DNA from: an uncultured Gemmatimonadaceae bacterium
Lineage (GTDB): Bacteria; Gemmatimonadota; Gemmatimonadetes; Gemmatimonadales; Gemmatimonadaceae
Direction of reading: 5' to 3'
DNA length: 64,000 nt
NCBI GenBank assembly: GCA_963781585.1
Contig: CAWAGQ010000002.1
Span: 128,001 to 192,000, forward strand
A program made the position numbers and the translations under genes. This document shows positions 1 through 9,227 of this stretch, piece by piece. Under the pieces are notes generated by a model. It was not told the DNA's origin, did not search any database, and was given only the letters and a program-made list of their open reading frames with translations. How positions within the stretch are numbered: position 1 is the first letter of the stretch; each line of letters begins with the position of its first letter.

Positions 1-1615
1 ATTTCAGCTGGCCGGCGATTCCGAGCGGGTGGCCATTACCTGCGCCGCGCTCGGCGTGCGCGCCGATGAGCTCGAGCTGCCGGTCCCGCTGGATCGCCGG
101 GCCTACCGGCGTGCGCTGGCGTTGCTCGAGGAGCGCGGCATCGTGGCGGACGGGCGCCTCACGCGCTACGGCCGTCTGGTCGAGGCAACGCCGGTGGAGC
201 GCCCCTGGGCGGAGTTGCTCGTACATGCCGACGACGGCCTCCTGCCGTACGTCGCGGTCATGGCGTCGACCGAATCACTGCACCGCATGACCCGTGAGGA
301 CCGCGACCTGAGTGGCCTGGTCATTCCGGGGAGCGATCATCTCACGGCGTACAACGTGTACGCCGACGCGTATGCGCGGTCCGGCTACGTCGGTCAGGTG
401 TACGGCCTCCCGCGGCACCTCTTCGATGAAGGGACGATCGCGCAGTGGGCGGAGCGCCGCGGGGTGCTGGTTCGCGCGATCGAGGATTCGGCGCTCGCCG
501 TGGCCAGCGTATGTCGCGCGCTCGAGGTGGAGCTCCCAGGTACGCTGCCGCGCGCCACCGACGAGGTGCGGCGCGGTTTGTGCGAGCTGGTGGCGCGAGT
601 CATGCCATTTGCGCTGGTGATCGACGAGGAAACGGTCGACGGCCGGGAGGCCCGCGTGTCGAAGAGCAGCGTCTGCGGCTCGTGGGGAGCGATTGCCGGC
701 GACCTGCGCTACTTCGCCGACCGTTTCGGAGTGCCACGCGCGAGCATCGAAGGAACGCAGCTGCCGATGTCCCTCGTGCGGAAACACGCCGTTCGCGAGC
801 CGGCCGAGTTGGCGTTCGACCCGACGGGAAAGAGGGACCGGCTCGTGTTGCGGAGTCGGGTGCGCTATTTCGGCTTCGAGCTCGAGCGGTCGGAGCAGCC
901 GGTGGGGACATTTCCGGCCGACCAGGCGGCGCGGGCCCGCCGCCTTCTGGCGGAGGCGCTGGCCAGTGGGGAAGCACGACATCCGGCCGTACGGAGATAC
1001 CGGCACGTGATCGAGGAGACGCGCGAGCTGTATCGTCGTTCGGGTGGGTCGACGGCACGGCTGGGGTTCGCCGAACTCGCGGCGCTCTACGGGGTGGCGC
1101 TGTCCGGCGTCACGTCCATGGAGGAGTACCGGGCGGCGCCACTGCGACTTCCGCTGGACGACCTGGTGGCCGAGGAGGAGCGCGAGCGGTTGCGCGACCT
1201 TCCGGACGCGGTCGAGTTGCGCGGCAAGTGGATCGGCATCGAATACGATCTTGAGGAGTCCGGCGCGGCGGACCAGGCTGCAGCGCGGCAATCGGCACCC
1301 GGCGCCGGCGATGCCGTGAGCAATGGCGGCCGAATGACTGCCGTCGCGCGTCTGCGGCTGCCGGAGAAGCTCGCTCGCATGCTCACGGCCGACGATCTGC
1401 CGGCGCTGGACCGTCCGCTCCGGTTCGTGGTGACGCGGGGTGCGCGCGGCGCGGTGCGCGCCCCCACGCTGGAGGCGCTTCAGCAGGCACTGGATGCGCC
1501 GTGGTCGCCGGACCGGCCTGTCGTCGCCGGTCCGGCGGGGCGTCCCACACAGCCTCGGCGACAGCGCCCGGCGGCGCGGCCCGGGCCGCACCGCCGCGGG
1601 CGGCCACGTCGTTAG
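1..1615 (+). CDS. HrpA/HrpB-like DEAH-box helicase, C-terminal part (5' end outside window)
   Basis: Frame is open to the window edge (FQLAGDSERV...). HA2-like region 'ALALLEERGIVADGRLTRYGR...PVERPWA' and 'GSDHLTAYNVY'. Confidence 0.7.
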   Translation, partial: FQLAGDSERVAITCAALGVRADELELPVPLDRRAYRRALALLEERGIVADGRLTRYGRLVEATPVERPWAELLVHADDGLLPYVAVMASTESLHRMTREDRDLSGLVIPGSDHLTAYNVYADAYARSGYVGQVYGLPRHLFDEGTIAQWAERRGVLVRAIEDSALAVASVCRALEVELPGTLPRATDEVRRGLCELVARVMPFALVIDEETVDGREARVSKSSVCGSWGAIAGDLRYFADRFGVPRASIEGTQLPMSLVRKHAVREPAELAFDPTGKRDRLVLRSRVRYFGFELERSEQPVGTFPADQAARARRLLAEALASGEARHPAVRRYRHVIEETRELYRRSGGSTARLGFAELAALYGVALSGVTSMEEYRAAPLRLPLDDLVAEEERERLRDLPDAVELRGKWIGIEYDLEESGAADQAAARQSAPGAGDAVSNGGRMTAVARLRLPEKLARMLTADDLPALDRPLRFVVTRGARGAVRAPTLEALQQALDAPWSPDRPVVAGPAGRPTQPRRQRPAARPGPHRRGRPRR

Positions 1616-2127
1616 GCGCCAGGGACCTCGGCGGTGTACGTTTCCGAGCGCCAGGGCCGGAATCCGCGGGCGAGGTAGTTCGGAAGGGCAGCCGGGTGGT
1701 CGAGCGTGCAGGTATGGAGCCAGACGCGTCGCGCTCCCAGCGCCCAGGCTTCCTCCACCGCCCGGGAGAGCAGAAACCTGCCCAATCCGCGGCCGATATG
1801 GGGCTGCGTCAGGCCGAAGTAGGCGATCTCCGCCGAACCGTCCTCGTGGCGCACGAGCTCGAAGTAGCCGGCGGGATCGTGCGCCAGGCGAAGGATCCAG
1901 ATGGCGACCTCGGGCCGCGCCAGGTAGGTCGCGAGCTGCTCGTCTGACCAGTGGTCCCGGTCGTGCCAGTGAAAGGGGCGCCCCACCGACGCGTACAGGG
2001 CCCGGTAGAGCGTGACGTCGCAGAGCGCCTGTTCCAGGACCGCGGACGGCTCGGGTGGCACGGCCCGCCGCAGCTGCTCGGGGCTGTGCATCTCGAGCCA
2101 GGTACGGACCACGGTTACCGCGGGCAT
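1612..2127 (-). CDS. GNAT family N-acetyltransferase
   Basis: Acetyl-CoA motif 'YFGLTQPHIGRGLGRFLL' and 'WLHTCTLDHPAALPNYLARGF'. Confidence 0.9.
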   Translation of the reverse strand: MPAVTVVRTWLEMHSPEQLRRAVPPEPSAVLEQALCDVTLYRALYASVGRPFHWHDRDHWSDEQLATYLARPEVAIWILRLAHDPAGYFELVRHEDGSAEIAYFGLTQPHIGRGLGRFLLSRAVEEAWALGARRVWLHTCTLDHPAALPNYLARGFRPWRSETYTAEVPGA

Positions 2128-2223
2128 GCGACGAGCGGACCGGTCGACGGCTGGTGCCCGTCGTGCCCCGGCAGGTGGATCGTGACGGGCACCGGACCGG
2201 CATGTGCGCCGGTCCGCTGCGCG

Positions 2224-2940
2224 TTAGGCGTCGGGTTCTTCGCCCGGTGACAGCGGCGACGCATTCGCGGCGTGGCGGTCGTCGGCGCGTCCGCGGGCGC
2301 GGAAGCGAGCGGCCTTGGCGCGGTTCCCGCAGGTCGCCATGTCGCACCATCGCCGCCGTCCGTTCCGCGTGGAGTCGTAGAACACCCGCGGACACCGGGG
2401 GTCGGCGCACTGTCGCACCCGTACCAGCTCATTGTGCACCAGGGCCTCGGCGGCCGACTCGACCACCGGGATCATCAGGCCGGCGAACGCATCGCCGACG
2501 GGAACGAAGCTCTGCCGAAACGAACCGTCCGACCGCCACTCCACCCGGCGGGTGCCGGCGCTTCTGCCCAACACGCGGTTGATCTCCAGCAGCGCGTCGG
2601 CGCGGGTGCGCTCCGACGTGGCGCCCCGCTCGGCCAGCGTGCGCAGGGCGGCCCGCACGCGGCGTGCATCGACGAGGGCAGCGGCGGCGCCGGCGGGCTG
2701 CTGGACGGCGCGTCGCGCAATACCGACGGCGCGCTCCGCGTCCAGCACGCGTGTCGTCTCGAGCCACCGCACCAGCGTGTCGAAATCCCGAAGCACATCG
2801 ACTCGCACGCCCCGGCGCGCGTCGTCGGTGTTCACGAAGTCGAGCCAGAGGCGCTCGCCGACGAAGACGAACGGAACCTCCGACGACTCGACGGACAACA
2901 GGGCGTGGCTCACAGGATCGTGGTGCAGGAGAAGCGACAT
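2224..2940 (-). CDS. ABATE / CGNR zinc-finger domain protein
   Basis: 'LWLDFVNT' at the N-terminus and 'CADPRCPRVFYDSTRNGRRRWCDMATCGNRAKAARFR'. ATG at 2940 chosen as start. Confidence 0.9.
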   Translation of the reverse strand: MSLLLHHDPVSHALLSVESSEVPFVFVGERLWLDFVNTDDARRGVRVDVLRDFDTLVRWLETTRVLDAERAVGIARRAVQQPAGAAAALVDARRVRAALRTLAERGATSERTRADALLEINRVLGRSAGTRRVEWRSDGSFRQSFVPVGDAFAGLMIPVVESAAEALVHNELVRVRQCADPRCPRVFYDSTRNGRRRWCDMATCGNRAKAARFRARGRADDRHAANASPLSPGEEPDA

Positions 2941-3142
2941 TCGGGCCAAGCTTACGTGTCGATCCAGGCGCGTGCAAGCGAGTCTCGTCTCTCCCCACGC
3001 GGCGCTAGATTGCCCTCGGCGTCGCTTCGGTCCCCATTGCCCCAGGCTGCGCAATGCCGCATTCCCCGCATCGATTCATGACGGATGAGAACGGGATGGA
3101 CGGTTCAGTGGACGTCGGTCGGGCCGCCGGCCGGAGAGCCAC

Positions 3143-3616
3143 ATGACGCCCGCGCGCCCCTTCGTGGTGCATGAATATGTTCGGTGGAGCGATGTCGATC
3201 CGATGGGCATCATCCGATACGATGCCTACACGCGCTTCTTCGAGCTCGCCGAGTCCGAACTGTTCCGCGCGGTGGGCGTGCCGCACAGCGCGCTGCAGGA
3301 GCGCTTCCGCGTCTCCATTCCGCGACGGGTGATGCACATGGAGTTCGTCTCGCCACCGGTGCTCGACGAGCGTCTCGAAGTCCGCACCTATGTGAGCGGG
3401 GTCGGAAGGACCTCGCTGACGATGAACTTCGACATCCATGGCAACGGTGGCCAGGTGAGATGCACCGGCTATCTGGTGCTCGTCTGCGTGCAATCCGATG
3501 GGGGGCGCATCGTCGGACGGGCCTGGCCGCCGGAGCTTCTGGCGCTGCTGGCGCCGTTTCGCGTGACCACCGAGCAGGCCCGTGCCGGCGCCGCCTCATC
3601 ACCGAACGCGTCCTGA
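3143..3616 (+). CDS. Acyl-CoA thioesterase (4HBT/YbgC hotdog family)
   Basis: 'VRWSDVDPMGIIRYDAYTRFFE' and 'VGRTSLTMNF'. Confidence 0.85.
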   Translation: MTPARPFVVHEYVRWSDVDPMGIIRYDAYTRFFELAESELFRAVGVPHSALQERFRVSIPRRVMHMEFVSPPVLDERLEVRTYVSGVGRTSLTMNFDIHGNGGQVRCTGYLVLVCVQSDGGRIVGRAWPPELLALLAPFRVTTEQARAGAASSPNAS

Positions 3617-3689
3617 GCTGTCCCGGCGCGGCTGCGCGTCGACCGGCCGTTTCTCGGCCCGGGCGACGTGCGTCTATATTCCACACGCG

Positions 3690-4955
3690 ATGGCGTCCCG
3701 ACTTCCCGACACGTACTACCGGAAGGGCCTCGGTCTCAAGGCCGAGGTGCAGGGTGCTCTGTCGGCTGATTATGCGGGCTGGATCGTCGACGTGCTCCGG
3801 GAACGCGAGGGGGTGCTCACCGTAGGCGAGGTCACGGTGGTCCTGGCCCGCGAATTCGGTTTCTGCTACGGCGTGGAGCGGGCAGTCGAATACGCGTACC
3901 AGGCTCGTCGCAAGTTCCCCGACCGTCGCATCTTCCTGGCCGGAGAGATCATCCACAATCCGCACGTGAACGAGAAGCTGCGGCGGATGGGAATCGTGAT
4001 TCTGGGACCGCACGACCGCCGGGAGGACGAGCCGCGGTTCGACTACGCGGAGGTGGGGACGGATGACGTGGTGGTGCTCCCCGCCTTTGGCGTCACCATC
4101 CGGGACTTCGAGGCGCTGCGGGCACGCGGCTGCATCGTGGTCGACACCACGTGCGGCTCGGTGCTGAATGTCTGGAAGCGGGTCGAGAGTTACGCCCGCG
4201 ACGGCTTCACGGCGCTGATTCACGGGAAGTGGTACCACGAGGAGACGCGGGCGACGGCATCGCAGGTGCGGCGCTTTGCCGACGGGCACTACGTGATCGT
4301 GCGTGACATGAACGAGACGCGCCTGGTGTGCGAGTTCATCGAGGCTCTGGGTGCCGGGGAGCCGGATGCGGAGCGGGTCGCCGCCTTTCGCGCACGGTTT
4401 GCCCATGCGGTGTCGCCGGGATTCGAGCCGGTGCGGCATCTCCGGCGAATCGGGGTGGCCAACCAGACCACCATGCTGGCGCGCGAATCGCTCGCGATCG
4501 GTGAGGAGGTGGGTGGGGCGGTGGAACGCGCCTTTGGCGCGGCCTACCGGGAGCAGCACTTCCGCACCTTCGATACCATCTGCTCGGCGACTCAGGATCG
4601 GCAGGATGCCGTCCTGGCGCTGTTGGGCGAGCCGCTGCACGCGATGGTGGTGGTGGGCGGGTTCAATTCGAGCAACACGCTATCGCTGGCGGCGCTGTGC
4701 GCCGAGAAGGTGACCACGTATCATGTCGAGGACGCGGCGAACATCGATCCGGCGGCGAACGAGATCCGATATCGGCCGACCGGGCGTCACGACGACGAGG
4801 CGGTGGCGCGCGACTGGATACCGCGCGCCGGGCCGGTGCGGGTGGGCATCACCGCCGGAGCGAGCACGCCGAACAATCGTATTGGGGAGGCGGTGGCGAA
4901 CATTTTCGGTACCCGCGGAATCGCGCTCGACCGGCGAGCGCTGGATCCGGAGTAG
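3690..4955 (+). CDS. ispH: 4-hydroxy-3-methylbut-2-enyl diphosphate reductase
   Basis: 'FGFCYGVERA', 'IIHNPHV', 'DTTCGSV', 'NQTT', 'DTICSATQDRQ', 'GGFNSSNT', 'GITAGASTP'. Confidence 0.95.
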   Translation: MASRLPDTYYRKGLGLKAEVQGALSADYAGWIVDVLREREGVLTVGEVTVVLAREFGFCYGVERAVEYAYQARRKFPDRRIFLAGEIIHNPHVNEKLRRMGIVILGPHDRREDEPRFDYAEVGTDDVVVLPAFGVTIRDFEALRARGCIVVDTTCGSVLNVWKRVESYARDGFTALIHGKWYHEETRATASQVRRFADGHYVIVRDMNETRLVCEFIEALGAGEPDAERVAAFRARFAHAVSPGFEPVRHLRRIGVANQTTMLARESLAIGEEVGGAVERAFGAAYREQHFRTFDTICSATQDRQDAVLALLGEPLHAMVVVGGFNSSNTLSLAALCAEKVTTYHVEDAANIDPAANEIRYRPTGRHDDEAVARDWIPRAGPVRVGITAGASTPNNRIGEAVANIFGTRGIALDRRALDPE

Positions 4956-4974
4956 CCCGACGCTCACGCTTCCC

Positions 4975-6036
4975 GTGCGGTTTCCTTTTCGCGCCAGACC
5001 GGAGAGGCATTTTCCGGCGCCTTCGGACTTCGGGTACGTGGAAGTGCGCGGTGGCGACAGCCGGGTGGTGTGCATCCCGTCGCTGGCCGGGAAGATCGTG
5101 GAGCTGGAGCTGGCCGGCCGGCAGTGGCTGTGGCACAGCGACAGCATTCCGTTCGCGCCGCCGAAGGAGGGCGCGAGCTACGCCGAGACGGCGGACAGCG
5201 GCGGAATGGACGAGTGCTTTCCGACGGTCAGTGCCTGCCGGATTCCGGGCTGGGTGCGCGCCTGGGGCGGGGTGGAGCTGCCCGATCATGGCGAGCTGTG
5301 GTCGCAGGTGCCGGAGCTCGAGATCGAGACGGGTCCCGATGGACAGGCGATCGTGACCACCTGGGAAGGGCGGCGGATGCCCTACCGCCTAACGCGGGTG
5401 GCGCGGGTGGCCCCCGACGGGTCGGTGGTGATGACCTACCATGCCGTCAACGACGCCACCGATCGGGTGCCGTTCATCTGGGCGGGGCATCCGCTCATTC
5501 CGCTCACACCGCAGACGCAGCTGCTGCTGCCGGAGGGCGCGCCCATGCGGGTGTACGCGGCGCACCGGGTGGTGATGGGAGACGCGCGATCGCTCCACCA
5601 CTGGCCGTTCGTGCGTGCGGCGGGGCGGGTGCTCGATTTCCTCACGCCGTACAACGTGGCGAAGGAGTACGCCTGCAAGCTGTTCGTGGACATGCCCGCG
5701 GGACGGGGGTACGCGAGGGTGCGCGAGGGCAGTGTGGAGCTCGAGGTGACGTTCGACACCCGGGAAGTCGGTCAGTTCGGTCTCTGGATCAACCGGGGGG
5801 GCTGGAGTCCGAACAAGCGACAGCGTCCGAACACCAACCTGGCATTCCAGCCGTGCCTCGGCGCCCCCGACTCGCTGACCGACGCGCTGGGGGACTGGAA
5901 GCGTGCCCAGTGGCTCGATCCCGGACAGGTGCGCACCTGGTCGGTGACCTGGCGGGGTCGCGTGGTGCCGCCAGAGCCCGACGGCGACGGGCTCGGGCCG
6001 CCGGCGACGACCGGGGAGATGCGGGCGCCGGCCTAG
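4975..6036 (+). CDS. Galactose mutarotase / aldose-1-epimerase-like protein
   Basis: 'GGMDECFPTV', 'LPDHGELW', 'FIWAGHP'. Start (GTG 4975) uncertain. Confidence 0.7.
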   Translation: MRFPFRARPERHFPAPSDFGYVEVRGGDSRVVCIPSLAGKIVELELAGRQWLWHSDSIPFAPPKEGASYAETADSGGMDECFPTVSACRIPGWVRAWGGVELPDHGELWSQVPELEIETGPDGQAIVTTWEGRRMPYRLTRVARVAPDGSVVMTYHAVNDATDRVPFIWAGHPLIPLTPQTQLLLPEGAPMRVYAAHRVVMGDARSLHHWPFVRAAGRVLDFLTPYNVAKEYACKLFVDMPAGRGYARVREGSVELEVTFDTREVGQFGLWINRGGWSPNKRQRPNTNLAFQPCLGAPDSLTDALGDWKRAQWLDPGQVRTWSVTWRGRVVPPEPDGDGLGPPATTGEMRAPA

Positions 6037-6068
6037 AAAACACCGTCCGCGGCGTCGATCTTACAGTC

Positions 6069-7147
6069 ATGTCGTCGCTGGAACTGCCGCGATCGCGCGC
6101 GGCCGTGGCCACGCTCATCGGGACCGAGGGGAGCTCACCCAAACGCCCGGGGGCGAAGATGTGGGTGGACGCCGATGGGCGGATCCTCGGGTCGGTGACC
6201 ATCGGTGGCTGCGTCGATGCCCGGGTGATCGAGGAATCGGCGCGGGTACTGGCAGCGCGCGTCCCCTCGCTGGTTTCCATGTCGTTAGGCGACGAGGATG
6301 CCTGGGCGCTCGGCATGACCTGCGGCGGCACCGTGGAGGTGCTGGTGGAGCCGGTGGACCCCGCCGATCCCGCCGACCCGGTGACCCGCGCGCTCGATGA
6401 GGCTGGACGGGAGGCCGCCGCCGGCCGCCGTACAGTGGTGGTCGCCCCGCTCGATGGGGCCACCACCCGCCTGGTGATTCGGGAACACGCGCCACGAACC
6501 GGCACGCTGGGAACGCCCGCGCTGGACGACGCGGCCGAGACCGTGGCGCGCGAGCTGCTGGCTGGCGGCGTCCCGGCAGTGCGCAGCGTCACCGTCGAAG
6601 GGCAGGCGCATCGCCTGTACTTCGAGCCTCACGCTCCCCCCATCACGCTGATCGTGTTCGGCGCGACCCACGTGGCGATGCCCCTGGTGGCGATGGCCCG
6701 GGTGATGGGCCTCCGCACGGTAGTGGTGGATGGACGCGAACGGTTCGCGACCCGCGAGCGGTTCCCCGATGCCGACGAGATCATCGTCGGCATGCCATCC
6801 GAGATTGCCGACCGATTGCCGTTAGGCAGCCGGTCGCTGGTGGTGCTGCTGTCACACGACTACAAGTACGACCTGCCGGTGCTGCGAGCCGTGCTGGCGA
6901 GCGAGGCGGCCTACGTGGGGCTGCTGGGCAGCCGCCGTCGCGGGCGCGCGTTGCTCGACTTCCTGGCCGAGGACGGAGTGCCCCCGATCAACTGGCGCGC
7001 GTCCGGGTTCCCGTCGGGCTCGACATCGGCGCTGCCACGGCCGAGGAGATCGCGCTCAGCGTGCTGGCCGAAGCCTACGCCGTACACCGGCAGCGCCCGG
7101 GCGGCGCGATGCGCGATCGCGATCGGGGACGCGCGTCGACCGCGTGA
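6069..7147 (+). CDS. xdhC: XdhC/CoxI family Moco chaperone (frameshift at about 6985)
   Basis: 'GSSPKRPGAKM...GSVTIGGCVD', 'GMTCGG', 'AYVGLLGSRRR'. The conserved end 'RVRVPVGLDIGAATAEEIALS' follows in another frame after the CCCCC run at 6981-6985. Confidence 0.85.
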
Positions 7148-8185
7148 AGACCGCCCGCGTCAGGCGCGCCGCGTTCGATGACGCCGCGGTGGAGGGGTGG
7201 GTCCTGGCGCGCGACGTCGCCGACGCCTCAGGCCGCGTCGCTCTGGCCAAGGGCCGCATCCTCGCCCCGGACGACAGCGCCCGACTTCGCGAACTGCCGT
7301 GGGACGAACTGCACCTGCTCGCGCCCGGGCCCGACGACCTGCACGAGAGCGACGCGGGAGCGCGACTGGCGCGCGCCGCCGCGGGCCCCGGCGTCGCACC
7401 GGGTCAGCTGAGCGCCGGACACTGGCCGCTCGTGGCGCAGCACCGGGGCGTCCTCCAGGTGAACGTGGCCGGGCTGCAGGACGTGAACCGGCTCTGCGGC
7501 CTCGGCCTGTACACATTGTTCGACGGTCAGGTGGTGGATGCCGGTGAACACGTGGCGCGCGCCAAGATCGTTCCGTTCCTGATTGCGGAGGAAGTAGTTG
7601 TGCAGGCCGAGTCGCTGGCCAGGAGCGCCAATGGGCTGGTTGCGGTCAGGCCGTTCGGCGCTGTCACAGTGGGAGCCGTCGTGCAGGAGTCGCTGGGCGA
7701 GCGCGCGTCGGCCCGGTTTCGCGACGCGTTGACCGAAAAGGTCGAGTGGTTCGGGGCGCGCCTGCTCAAGCCGCGGTTCGTCGCCCCCGAGGCCTCCGCG
7801 GTCGCATCAGCGATCGGGGACGTCGTGGCCGCCGGCGCGTCCGTGGTGACCGTGGCCGGTTCCCGTCCGATGGATCCGCTCGACCCGGCGTTCGAGGCCC
7901 TGGATCGTGTCGGCGCGCGCCTGGAGCGGCACGGCGTGCCGGCACATCCGGGCAGTCTGCTCTGGATGGCGCGGCTCGGCGACATTCCGGTGATTGGCGT
8001 GCCTTCGTGCGGCCTGTTCTCGCGGGCCACCGTCGTGGATCTGGTGCTGCCGCGTCTGCTGGCTGGTTTGCCGGTCGACGCCGCCTGGCTGGGCGGACTC
8101 GGTCACGGCGGGATTTCTCACGCGCGACATGACGTTCCGGTTCCCGCCGTACCGCCCGGCGCGCGATCGGGGAGCGGTCGCCTAG
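7144..8185 (+). CDS. Molybdopterin-binding (MoeA/MogA-like) protein (frameshift at about 8110)
   Basis: 'LHESDAGARLA', 'HGVPAHPGSLLW', 'GVPSCGLFSRATVVDLVLPRLLAG', 'LGHGG', then the frame changes to 'FLTRDMTFRFPPY' with stop at 8185. Confidence 0.75.
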
Positions 8186-8188
8186 CAC

Positions 8189-9190
8189 ATGACGAATCCC
8201 TACAGTCCCACCCTCATCGCCCACTTCCGCAAGCCGCGGAATCGTGGATCACTGCCCGCGCCAACGATCTCGGAGGAGGGGACCAACCCGCTCTGCGGCG
8301 ATCGCGTGCGGATCGAACTGCTGGTGGAGGGCGGGATAGTCCGCGACGCCCGGTTCACGGCGAATGCGTGCGCGATCTGCGTCGCGTCGGCATCGGTCCT
8401 GACCGATCTGGTCCGGAATGCGCCGCTCGACGAGGTCGAGACGCTCACCGTGGACGACCTGCTCAAGACGCTCAAGGCGACCGTGCCATCGGCACGCCTG
8501 AACTGCGTTCGGCTGCCGCTGACGGTGCTGCACGCCGGGGTCCATCTGCATCGACAACGCTCCGGCGAGGGAGAGGCTGCGCCAACGAGCCGGAGCGCCG
8601 CGGCCGGGATCGTCCTGGCGGCGGGGCTTGCGCGCCGCTTCGGCGCCCAGAAACTCGTTGCCCCGTTCGCCGGATCGACCGTGATCCGTACTACGGTGGA
8701 GCGCTTGCGGGCGGCGCAGATCGACCCCGTGGTCGTGGTGGTGGGGCCCGAAGGCGACGCGATTCGGTCCGCGCTCACCGGGATCGAGGTGTTGTGGGCG
8801 GTGAATCCGGACCCGGGCCGCGGCATGTCGTCGTCGCTCGGCGCGGGGGTCGCTGCGCTGCCCCCGCATGTGGGGGCCGCGTTTGTCGCACTGGGCGATC
8901 AGCCGATGGTTGACCGGTTGGTGCTGGACCAGCTGATGGAGGGGTGGTGGAACGGCGAGCGTCCGATCGTGGCGCCGCGTTATCGGGGTCGCCGCGGCAA
9001 CCCGGTGTTGTTCGATCGATCGCTGTTCGCCGATCTGCAGGCGCTCGAGGGGGACCGCGGTGCACGCGACTACATCGACGCGAACCGGGAGCGGTTGCAG
9101 GTCGTGGATGTGGATGACGCGATGCCGCTCGACGTGGACACGCCGGCCGACTACGATACGCTGCTGCGCGAGCAGCGCCCACCGCGTTAG
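8189..9190 (+). CDS. Fusion of an IscU/SufU-like scaffold domain and a MocA/MobA-like nucleotidyltransferase
   Basis: N-terminus 'HFRKPRNRG...NPLCGD...ACAICVASAS...RLNC'. C-terminus 'IVLAAGLARRFGAQKL', 'GMSSSL', 'LGDQP', 'GNPVLF', 'GDRGAR', 'DVDTPADY'. Confidence 0.85.
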   Translation: MTNPYSPTLIAHFRKPRNRGSLPAPTISEEGTNPLCGDRVRIELLVEGGIVRDARFTANACAICVASASVLTDLVRNAPLDEVETLTVDDLLKTLKATVPSARLNCVRLPLTVLHAGVHLHRQRSGEGEAAPTSRSAAAGIVLAAGLARRFGAQKLVAPFAGSTVIRTTVERLRAAQIDPVVVVVGPEGDAIRSALTGIEVLWAVNPDPGRGMSSSLGAGVAALPPHVGAAFVALGDQPMVDRLVLDQLMEGWWNGERPIVAPRYRGRRGNPVLFDRSLFADLQALEGDRGARDYIDANRERLQVVDVDDAMPLDVDTPADYDTLLREQRPPR

Positions 9191-9227
9191 GCAGCGTCGG
9201 GCCTGCGGTCCGGCGCTGCCTAACGCG
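9183..9227. terminator. 18-bp inverted repeat (probable bidirectional terminator) built from two CGTTAGGC octamers
   Basis: CGCGTTAGGCAGCGTCGG-N9-CCGGCGCTGCCTAACGCG (17/18 complementary) between convergent genes. Confidence 0.7.

Noticed and set aside
275..2410. Long antisense or alternative-frame ORFs (for example 275-2410 -, 29964-31991 +, 46013-48043 -)
   Set aside because: These are Arg/Pro/Ala-rich shadow ORFs typical of high-GC DNA that overlap well-supported genes.
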